The notes beneath the pieces were generated by a model. That model had not been told where the DNA came from. It saw only the letters and a program-made list of their open reading frames with translations, and did not search any database. The translations under genes and the position numbers were made by a program. Source: a virus (lineage: Duplodnaviria; Caudoviricetes). From it: a DNA stretch of 64,000 nucleotides. Shown here piece after piece: positions 10,901 to 18,305 of the stretch. The DNA is taken from IMG/VR virus record IMGVR_UViG_3300008954_000001. One strand, 5' to 3'. Within the stretch, counting starts at the first letter, position 1, and every line of letters begins with the position of its first letter.

Positions 10901-11429
10901 CGTTCACAAGATTGTGGTTGCCGTCCACATCTATCGCATTGATCTGAATCCAACCTTGAGCACTTGGGCTGGAAGTCACTTGTGCTAACCAAACCTCCAA
11001 GAAAACGAAGTCTGTTCGTTTTACATCAGGGGGGGTGCCGCCAGGAACCGAAGCAGCTTCAAGTTGGATGCGGTTAAGGCTCTTTTCGATATCCGTGTAC
11101 TCAACCACAACAGGACGGCCAGCAACATTGGCGACCATCTTTTTCAAGGCAAAACAATCTTCCTTAAAGTCCTCATCTCCGGGCTTTAGAAAAAGGTAGT
11201 CCTCAAAAGAGTCATATGCGGTTTGTAAGCGTACAAAGCCTGAAGGGTGATGGACACTACGAAAGAGTCGTTCAGCGTAGGCTAAAACATCTGGGGAGAG
11301 GTTTAGCTCGCTATCCAGTACAGGTTTACCCGACTGGTACACAAGCGAATCGAAAGAGCGTTCACCCGGCGGCAAATCTCTTGATACGCTGGTTCCTGTC
11401 TGAGTAAATCTTTTATTGTGAATCGCCAT
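7998..11429 (-). CDS. Putative tail fibre/baseplate-attached protein with DUF6519-like N-terminus, 1143 aa
   Basis: Motifs FDSLVYQSGKPVLDSELN, RTDFVFLEVW and ESTQRVQVQYRIR resemble the N-terminal module of DUF6519-type proteins of phage and contractile injection loci (recognised by eye). Confidence 0.6.
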   Translation of the reverse strand: MAIHNKRFTQTGTSVSRDLPPGERSFDSLVYQSGKPVLDSELNLSPDVLAYAERLFRSVHHPSGFVRLQTAYDSFEDYLFLKPGDEDFKEDCFALKKMVANVAGRPVVVEYTDIEKSLNRIQLEAASVPGGTPPDVKRTDFVFLEVWLAQVTSSPSAQGWIQINAIDVDGNHNLVNGDTITLTDSVGASTTLEAGVDFQLDDGMGGAWNVNQVAASLRDAIDPIVGFNASGTADIVYLRSTVTGDLGNDCYYEFTTVNAAAITPHTPPVAGKCQLSGGMDTPNKPSQDTLYRHGNTQSPEAVHLDDDIRDLAVAAESTQRVQVQYRIRATGSTEAVNHKTECDGFSGPDVLAQGAMAAPVSNYRFLRADGESVDPVGPTPSSALAYQRKDSGLWIAGDGSEQSALDLGAVDGFVYAIPICFVFRRSNAYIGESGGEGSGTGFDPLNNTNGALPWNHAGLVYGGGGGGGNAIMGSIPAGHSDRPDGAFCDVIEDWDILDLRKHSLPTGADLSAELRRQIQHLLDGQFFTWAIDATSRNTLGGESGDVSTQYLVCNEIGRDWDSAGANLYSGDTEFGEFIREFDHVARRFGTQPVVERMVVEFFTDDDVAVNAGKYVTKMVGTTKWYEGDELHLDLTELDATTLENWSPDPTMHGYVKTVADAMPPGTEITDVLGIWHDDGNYKTAIDQSTQVATVTGVGSHHVTVSLDANHSQATGGLDVAEYPIVGDGVVGDNGSPRRIFLEVEISYPLGVGLTETPDRLVNPTSETVYPYGELIENNPNPATQPLEMEKPLAPRFREGFREVAVEMVVNCGEDCAPGAEPFDPIKDTLVSNTRQMVRTPRRLWGDKNYVVEIEDTITNDVYEAHVGGVGDPGTEFGSSSRIVRLKSGDALVGEQTLCEVTYYSQDPISNWGDGDNGYQVSIYYRTNAPQTCGVKEGDFHLEAGGAGPLPTNLEVEVMAISNEVWTGQIGMGSLELGFPYVAPLDQIPTVTSDELGDSHPHEWHFCASTVSSVDDFDATTGLLALHPFVPMDKTTPLSLGSLEHPPFADQEFRAVYPFADDASYRPTVLSQSHSGVVRHKVFYPVLARSLQDCRLFRKGELLMIVFCRFGECDDDNTVRFSESDTQTCAAVYRTKDMLMTVGD

Positions 11430-11443
11430 TCTCTGCCCCTACC

Positions 11444-12091
11444 TCAGAAGGTCAATCGCCACGTTATGGTCAAGATGGCCGTTGAAGGCTTCGAGATCAC
11501 AGGGAAGGTCAGATAGTTGACTAAAATATCCTTTTCCGTGAGGTCCACCGTTGGGTCATAATGAGGCCAATCAGCGTTTACGGGGTTTTTGATGGATGGG
11601 TCACTGGAAAACGGGGATATTAGCCCCATCTCGTTCAGTGGCCCTACCGCCTCCGCCTCTCCATAAGAAGTCGTAAAATCGACTACATTGGTTGGTACGG
11701 CACTCACACCGCCTTCCGTGTCCCTGTAAATCACGGAAGCAAACTGCTTTCGCCCGAAATCTAACTCTGAATTTAACTTACGCTGGTTGATGTGTGGGGC
11801 ATCGGGGTTCAACAAAGACCCTCTCGCACCTGATCCCACAGTCAACATATGAAGGCCACGAGCAACGCCGCCGAAGTTTTGAAACAACATGGCGGCAAGT
11901 ACGCCACCATCCTTTGTGATTACATTGTCACGTTCCCAAGAAACAAGGATCTCGCCCGTGAGAGCGTCCTTCATCTCCAAGATGAAGGTTCCCTTCCCGA
12001 TTGGAAAGTGGTCGGCGTGTTTTACGCTGGCTCCCAGTTTCATAGCTTGCCTCATCCGTTTCACATTTTCCCGATGTAGGGCCGAACTCAT
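11444..12091 (-). CDS. Phage tail-collar/fibre-attachment-like protein (P2 gpH N-terminal/DUF3751-like fold), 215 aa
   Basis: Pattern NVITKDG...LTVGSG...LNSEL...VVDFTTSYGEAEAVGPLNEMGL...YLTFPVISK...TITWRLTF is typical of this family. RBS AAGGAG upstream. Confidence 0.65.
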   Translation of the reverse strand: MSSALHRENVKRMRQAMKLGASVKHADHFPIGKGTFILEMKDALTGEILVSWERDNVITKDGGVLAAMLFQNFGGVARGLHMLTVGSGARGSLLNPDAPHINQRKLNSELDFGRKQFASVIYRDTEGGVSAVPTNVVDFTTSYGEAEAVGPLNEMGLISPFSSDPSIKNPVNADWPHYDPTVDLTEKDILVNYLTFPVISKPSTAILTITWRLTF

Positions 12092-12166
12092 TTGTCTAAC
12101 TCCTTCGGGGTCTCTCTCTCCGTGTATTCAATAGGTCGATTACCGATAGAACGGCCTGTTGTTGAA

Positions 12167-15100
12167 TCAATCTTCCCAAACGCCACTCCCTTCATTGAAA
12201 GACCTCCTTATATGAGAGGGTTCGGGCAAGGATGCCCCACCGAATAGGACCATTCCAGACGGAAGAGAACCCCCATTCAACATTGATATAGGGGCTAAAG
12301 CCTCAATACCGCCCCACGGACCTAATCTCGAAAACCCTGCGCCAACCAGCATTTCATACTCAAGGCTGGAAATAATTGGTTGAGGGAAACTTTCTTCCGA
12401 AAAAGGTGGTGGAGATCCCGTCCCCGCATCCGTTCTTAGATCCCAAAAAGTACGAACACTTACTAAACTGGGTTTGCCTGTAGGTCGAGAGGGTGCTGAC
12501 GGCCATGTTACGGCTCCTTGCACCTCTCCCCCACCTAAAGTTCCTGACAGTGCGTCACCGCCCCCACCTAAAGTGAGGAAAGCTCCGGGAGCACCACCCC
12601 CTTGCTCAAAGGGGTATGCGGGAGGTGGAGCCGCAACCTCCACGAACATACGACCCTGAAGGTCGATTTCAGCCAAACCTTTAGCGGGGGCAATCCCGTC
12701 ATCCAATGTCGAGATCAGCCCTGTTTCGTTCCCGTCCTCAACCTGAAAGAAATCTACGGAGGAGTATGCTGACTCATGGGAAAATTCTACGAGAGTAGTT
12801 GGGTCTTGTGATGCAAAATCAGGATCTTCGGAGATCAAGTCGATGATCTCATCTTCTCTTGGGGCCTCCCCCGCAAGCGCCCTCTGGAGCTTCCCAAGCT
12901 GCGTTAGCAGATAAGGGGGCGTTCCTTCGTTGAGCTTTGTGATCCCATCCTTGAGAGGCTGGTTCAACAAATAGGTTTTCGTAATCGGCCTTCCAGGGGA
13001 AAACGCCACCTCTGCTGTGGATTGGTTAGGAAATTCAAGGTCTTGGATAGTAATAGTTTGAGCCGTCTGATCAAAAGTCCAACTGCTGTTAGCAAGCTGA
13101 TCCCCGTTCACGGCGACATGAAAAATCCGTTTCGCTCGGATATTGGCATCCCGAAGACGCAAAGTGTCTTTTCGGACCTTTACTCGAACATTCTCAACTG
13201 TGATATCTCCCGTGTACTCACCACTACTAAGGACATTCCAACGGTTAAGGATGGCCATTCGAGGAGGAACTCGGTCTTCATTCTCTTGGATGTACACTCG
13301 GTAACGAAAGTTGTCCCAAACAGAAGTCGCTAACGAACCAGAATTCTGCATCCCAAAGTGAATGGTGGAAATAGAGGTTCGTAAAATAGGAAGATGCTCC
13401 CACTCCACTGTGGCCCACGCTCCCGTGGGGTCATGTCGGCTTGTTCGCCCATCTCCCACATAGCCATCTGGTGGAGGCAGGTCGGGTCGCATCAAGGAGG
13501 CCCCCCAACCAGGATCAATCACCACCATCGTAGTGATTTCTTCATCCCACCCCATCTCAACAACATGGCCGTCTGAATCACGGGGCGTTTCCCAACTGCT
13601 CAAAAGTTCAGGGTCGCCACCCTTCCAGATACCAAGTGTGCGTTTCAAGTCGGGCGGGGGAAGCTCTCGGACATGGAATGAATAAAGATCCAAGTTCCAT
13701 TCGGGTGCTCCGAACCCAACTAAATACGCTCGAACATTCGTGGAGGAAGGGTCGAAGTCAGCAAGGTTAGCTTGAGCAACCTCAACCCCATCTACATAGA
13801 GAATCGCTTTCGGAACGAATGCTTGTGTGTCCACCACAACTTTGTAGTGGTGCTCTTGGCCGTCTAACCAATCAAACATGGCAAAAGCCAGATAGTTGAC
13901 CCCATCCGAAGTTAGGATCAGCTTTCCGTTGGCAAACAGCAGGGCAACGCTTCGATCCCCCACATCCATACCGAGTACGATGCCCGCATCATCAAGATCA
14001 TTGAAGGTGGCGTAATTGAACTTCAGCCGTGCTTCCAGCACACGAGCAGAAGTTACCCCCTCATATGGAAGTTCATTGACGAAAGAGCCTAAAACCCGTT
14101 CTGCTTTGGATAGGTTGATGCTGAGTCCTTCAAAAAGATACTCAAACTCCCCTTGTTCTTGCCATCCCTGATCTTCAAGAGATTGCCCGCCAATCAAAGA
14201 TGCGGAAGCGGCGATAAACATCTCAGGTTCAGCATCGGGTTCAATACTTGACCACAGGACGCTTTCTCCTGGCTCATACTCACCCCGATAAGGAATTGTA
14301 CAAACCATCACATCATGGTTTGGGCCAGTGATTCGGATGCCTGCGTCACCCCAAGAAGTCGGGCTTTCTACTTTGAATACAGAGGATACCTCCACGCCCG
14401 CCATCTCCGGGATCAAGGCATCCAACTTCTCAAACCCTGTCTTCTGTGGTCCGCCAATCGCCTGGAGACTCAGCCGATCATCTATCAAAGGCTCGGCCAG
14501 CCCATAGGCGGAAGTTGCTCTCCAAAGCGTTTGTTCCGTAGGAAGCTCGTGGAGCGTTAACGCTTCCAAGTGTCCAATAGAAGTAATGTTGTAGTCGTCT
14601 GGTACGGTTAGATAGCGAACGAAATCCCAACGGGAGTTCCCACCCGCAACCAGATTTCCGAAGAGTATCTCTCCCCGCCCATCCTGATCTGTCAAATCTA
14701 AGGGGGTAGTGCCTGCGCTGTACAGCACATGAGCATTGATGGAAGGAATGTCTACGGTGGCACTAAAAGATACGGCTCCCGTAAAAGCGACCCCAATAGG
14801 CTCGTTGTCTGCTCGGCCTACCAAATGAAAGTTGAATCGAGTCTCTTGCCACGGGATTTCAAAATAGACTTCAGCGAACCCGCCTCCCCATAACTTTACA
14901 TCAGCGGGGAAATCTGGGGTAACGGACAACCAGTAGTTGCCAGTGGAGAGTTTTTCAATTGCCGTGACGGTGTAGTGACCTGTTTGACTTCCATCGGGGA
15001 CAACAACTCGAAGCCCCACATAGAAGAGTTCGGGGAGATCGGCGGCTTGGATCTCCATGCGCCCACCACTTAGGAAGGTCGCTGTTGCCGTACACACAGG

Positions 15101-17188
15101 TTGCCAAGACTCTGCTTGGTCAATCTGATCCCCAACCAGCATGGCGATATAGGACACATCATCAATCTGAACCCCCGCCAAAAGACGGAGATCCTTCGTG
15201 TCGTGGAAAGCGATTGCAGGACCAAGCGTAAGTCGGTTGTTGACCGTTGTGGTCGCCACCGACTCAACTCGGCCAACCAAAGTAAATGCCGCCCCTACGG
15301 GGTTTGACTCGACCTTTTTGTACACGCCCGCAGCGAGATCGGAGGTCAGATCGGCATATCCGTCACTGGCATCTAATTGAAGAGTGGCGTTGCCTCGAAC
15401 TTCCCACCCTTGTTCGAGAGTGCCCTCGAACTTCCCACTTTGGGAATACTGAGCGTAGCTTTTCCTCGTTCGGTTGCCGTAAGGGTCGGCATTGAGAACC
15501 AACGCTGTCGGGCTGTTCAGGCTCGCCGTGTAGGTGTTATCGAACCCGATATGCCGATGAGAAACCCACTTAGGGCGCACTCGTGGTGGCTGTAATAGAG
15601 TAAGAGCAATCGGGAACCGCTCTCCTTCTTTAGAGCCGCCACCGAGGTTTTCTATCGCCAGCGTAGAACTTTGGACTTCGGGGTTCCGTCGATGATCCCA
15701 CTTGTTCAAAACCAGACCGGGGTGGTTCAACGAACGGAAAGACATTTGTGGTGTCTCGAACCAGAAGTAATCTGCCTCTACGACAATCTCCCCAACATTC
15801 ATTTTCGGTACTGGCGTTTCGAGATAAATGAAGCCCAAATATGGGTTCACATCTACAACCCCAACCTCAACACCATTAACTCGAACGGCCACGTCATTGA
15901 TACCAGCGGGAGTAGCATCCCCCCACCCTTTCGTAAGAGGGCCACGGTCAACGATAATCTTGTTTTTGACTTGATCCAAAAGACCGAAAAAGGTCGCCTT
16001 CGCCTCATGAACAAAGTTCCCGTCTTCCGAATACATTGTGTCGGAAGCCGTTAGAGACACATCCGATACAGAGATGGAGCCGCTTGTTTCGAGTTGGACT
16101 CCTGAAGCCCAAGAAGCGGGGGCTACCATATCCTCTACGGCGGCACTAAAGACGGGGTTGCCATCCAACAGGACCGCCACATGCCCTGTGAGAGAGTTTC
16201 GTAAGACTGTGACCTGTTCTACCGCTGTCCAATCGTAGGAGAAGACGTGATCGATTTCTGGCAAACTCTCGACCCGAACTCGCTTGGTCAGCCCATCTGT
16301 TTCCAGAGCCACTGAGAGCGTCCTATGGGCATCGCTGACACGGACAGCTAAAGAAGGTGCGTCCAGATCGGCAAACTTCACATCTGCTCGGAAAGCACTG
16401 TTCTCCCCCAACTGACCAACTGCTTCGGGATCAATGTAGAAAGACCACCCATAGGAATCGCCTTCGTTTGCTTCCATCAGGAAATGACTTCCCTCAAAGA
16501 GGGTGCTCATGCCCGATCCGAACTCGTCGGCAAAGTCAGGGAGGTCGTTTGGTCGGTATTGAATCGCCCGTGAGGGGCCTACTGTGAGTTCATAGGTGGC
16601 TTCGGTAAGCCCTCGGCAAAAGAGCTTGGTTTTCTTGCTCTTGTGTCCGACCCCTATCACTAAGGGTGTGACGGGGTACTCCGTAGAGATCACATAATGG
16701 TCAAGGTTGTCTTTGCCTTCCGCTAAAGGCTGATCAAATAAAACCGCAAGCTGGTTTCCCGGCTGCGGCTTTATTTTAATATCGAGTTCGTTCCCATGAG
16801 CTAAAAACAGACCTGAACTGGAACCCGCTCCGAGAGGGTAAGAGGGGTTGTTCTCTAAATCGTAAAAGCTCTTGCAAGTTAGGGTGTAGGGGCTGCCAAG
16901 CGTGGTTCCGCTATGCTTAATCTGTACGGTTTTCGGGTGATTGCCCTTTGGCCGAATCCCCTGAATAGTGGGGATTCGTCCGAAGTTGGATGTGATCTCC
17001 CAATTATCGGGGTCTAAAAAGGCTTTAGTGACCAGAACTGGCTCACTAAACGTGACTTCTAAGATCCGACCTGTCAGAGAAACGACAGAGACGACTTCGG
17101 GCCTCCCTGTGTCCAGAGACCCGTAGGGGTCGGAGCCATATGGCCCCGTTCCATATCCCTTACCATTCTTATGCGGATCACTACTCAT
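12167..17188 (-). CDS. Large structural/adhesin-like protein with Ig-like and ConA/LamG-like segments, 1673 aa
   Basis: N-terminal GYGTGPYGSDPYGS, then PEVVSVVSLTGRILEVTFSEPV...YTLTCKSFYDLENNP (SbsA/Big-type Ig-like). Later DGQEHHYKVVVD...ILYVDGVEVAQ (lectin-like beta-sandwich). Gly-rich C-terminus. RBS GAGG. Confidence 0.6.
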   Translation of the reverse strand: MSSDPHKNGKGYGTGPYGSDPYGSLDTGRPEVVSVVSLTGRILEVTFSEPVLVTKAFLDPDNWEITSNFGRIPTIQGIRPKGNHPKTVQIKHSGTTLGSPYTLTCKSFYDLENNPSYPLGAGSSSGLFLAHGNELDIKIKPQPGNQLAVLFDQPLAEGKDNLDHYVISTEYPVTPLVIGVGHKSKKTKLFCRGLTEATYELTVGPSRAIQYRPNDLPDFADEFGSGMSTLFEGSHFLMEANEGDSYGWSFYIDPEAVGQLGENSAFRADVKFADLDAPSLAVRVSDAHRTLSVALETDGLTKRVRVESLPEIDHVFSYDWTAVEQVTVLRNSLTGHVAVLLDGNPVFSAAVEDMVAPASWASGVQLETSGSISVSDVSLTASDTMYSEDGNFVHEAKATFFGLLDQVKNKIIVDRGPLTKGWGDATPAGINDVAVRVNGVEVGVVDVNPYLGFIYLETPVPKMNVGEIVVEADYFWFETPQMSFRSLNHPGLVLNKWDHRRNPEVQSSTLAIENLGGGSKEGERFPIALTLLQPPRVRPKWVSHRHIGFDNTYTASLNSPTALVLNADPYGNRTRKSYAQYSQSGKFEGTLEQGWEVRGNATLQLDASDGYADLTSDLAAGVYKKVESNPVGAAFTLVGRVESVATTTVNNRLTLGPAIAFHDTKDLRLLAGVQIDDVSYIAMLVGDQIDQAESWQPVCTATATFLSGGRMEIQAADLPELFYVGLRVVVPDGSQTGHYTVTAIEKLSTGNYWLSVTPDFPADVKLWGGGFAEVYFEIPWQETRFNFHLVGRADNEPIGVAFTGAVSFSATVDIPSINAHVLYSAGTTPLDLTDQDGRGEILFGNLVAGGNSRWDFVRYLTVPDDYNITSIGHLEALTLHELPTEQTLWRATSAYGLAEPLIDDRLSLQAIGGPQKTGFEKLDALIPEMAGVEVSSVFKVESPTSWGDAGIRITGPNHDVMVCTIPYRGEYEPGESVLWSSIEPDAEPEMFIAASASLIGGQSLEDQGWQEQGEFEYLFEGLSINLSKAERVLGSFVNELPYEGVTSARVLEARLKFNYATFNDLDDAGIVLGMDVGDRSVALLFANGKLILTSDGVNYLAFAMFDWLDGQEHHYKVVVDTQAFVPKAILYVDGVEVAQANLADFDPSSTNVRAYLVGFGAPEWNLDLYSFHVRELPPPDLKRTLGIWKGGDPELLSSWETPRDSDGHVVEMGWDEEITTMVVIDPGWGASLMRPDLPPPDGYVGDGRTSRHDPTGAWATVEWEHLPILRTSISTIHFGMQNSGSLATSVWDNFRYRVYIQENEDRVPPRMAILNRWNVLSSGEYTGDITVENVRVKVRKDTLRLRDANIRAKRIFHVAVNGDQLANSSWTFDQTAQTITIQDLEFPNQSTAEVAFSPGRPITKTYLLNQPLKDGITKLNEGTPPYLLTQLGKLQRALAGEAPREDEIIDLISEDPDFASQDPTTLVEFSHESAYSSVDFFQVEDGNETGLISTLDDGIAPAKGLAEIDLQGRMFVEVAAPPPAYPFEQGGGAPGAFLTLGGGGDALSGTLGGGEVQGAVTWPSAPSRPTGKPSLVSVRTFWDLRTDAGTGSPPPFSEESFPQPIISSLEYEMLVGAGFSRLGPWGGIEALAPISMLNGGSLPSGMVLFGGASLPEPSHIRRSFNEGSGVWED

Positions 17189-17237
17189 ACAAAGCCTCTA
17201 AAGGCTGAGTAGAATAGCCTCACAACCGACTAACGGA

Positions 17238-18254
17238 TTATAGGATCACCCACTTTGAAGAACCGTCACCACCCTCATCAGGATCACTGAATGAGGTACA
17301 AAGCAAGTGGACCGTAGCGTTATCTGAAAGCTCTACGGGGTCAGCAGACCCGTTGATCTCACCGCCAGCAACCGTGACTTCAACCATTCGACCAGTTTCC
17401 AAGCCATCATCTACGATGAAACAATGTCGGCCTACGGTGACTTCACCGCCCAAGGTGAGTTCAACAGCGCAAACTTCCGAACCGTCCCCTGCGAGTGACC
17501 AAGCTCCCATCAAGAACACAACCGTACCGTCCGACAAATCGATTGCTTTAGTAGTGCTGTCACATACTTCCGTTACGATTTCTTCTGGTGAACAAAGTGC
17601 GGCTTCGTGACCACCTTCTTCCACAGACGCTTGCATTGCGAAATGTGCGTCGGTAGCAGGCATGTAGTCTTCGTCTTCAGGTAATCCGTGCTCCGCTGAT
17701 GCGGGGATGAAAGTTAGGACTTCACCGCCCGCCAGACTTGAAGGGTCGGCTTCAACATCGGTAAGACCGTCTAAGGCAACGGGGTCTCCACCTGCGGGGG
17801 CATCTTGGGCTGACCAATCGCCAGCACCAGAACCGTCTCCACCTGCGGGATCCCAGACCCACTGAAGAATTTTGCCGTCAGCGGCTTCTTGGGCCGCAGC
17901 ATCCAAATCCGCCATCGGATCTTGGAGTGGCATCCCTTGGTTGATGGCATACCAACCAGCCCCGTCCAGGCCGTCGTGGTCGTAGCTAAGGATCAAACCA
18001 GTATCGGTAACATCTCCAAGAAGCGTGTAATGGGTGTCGGTGAGATTGATCATCTCCGAGACACCACCGCCGCCAGAGTCATCCGTGCCGGGTTGGAAAA
18101 CAATAATACCGTCGCCTATATCGACGGCTTTAAGAACTTGACCTTCAGTTGCCCCTTCGGGTTCAACGAGATCGAGGCGTTCTTGTAATGAACGAGTTAG
18201 AAAATGTGACATTATTAGCCCCTCTGAGTATATGAAATTGGCATCAGGGGACAT
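17238..18254 (-). CDS. Short acidic tail fibre-like protein, 338 aa (ATG at 18212, 324 aa, has the better RBS spacing)
   Basis: Fibre-type short repeats GQVLKA, GKILQW, GEVLTF and LDGLTDV. C-terminal gp9/gp10-like domain (...GRHCFIVDDG...EINGSADPVELSDNATVHL...KWVIL). Confidence 0.6.
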   Translation of the reverse strand: MSPDANFIYSEGLIMSHFLTRSLQERLDLVEPEGATEGQVLKAVDIGDGIIVFQPGTDDSGGGGVSEMINLTDTHYTLLGDVTDTGLILSYDHDGLDGAGWYAINQGMPLQDPMADLDAAAQEAADGKILQWVWDPAGGDGSGAGDWSAQDAPAGGDPVALDGLTDVEADPSSLAGGEVLTFIPASAEHGLPEDEDYMPATDAHFAMQASVEEGGHEAALCSPEEIVTEVCDSTTKAIDLSDGTVVFLMGAWSLAGDGSEVCAVELTLGGEVTVGRHCFIVDDGLETGRMVEVTVAGGEINGSADPVELSDNATVHLLCTSFSDPDEGGDGSSKWVIL

Positions 18255-18280
18255 GCCCCTCTCATAGATAAGGGACCAAA

Positions 18281-18285
18281 TATAG
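18281..18285 (-). promoter_or_regulatory. CTATA motif, candidate late-promoter core
   Basis: In the 18255-18305 spacer. Confidence 0.3.
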
Positions 18286-18305
18286 AAACTTGATTGACGA
18301 CTATT

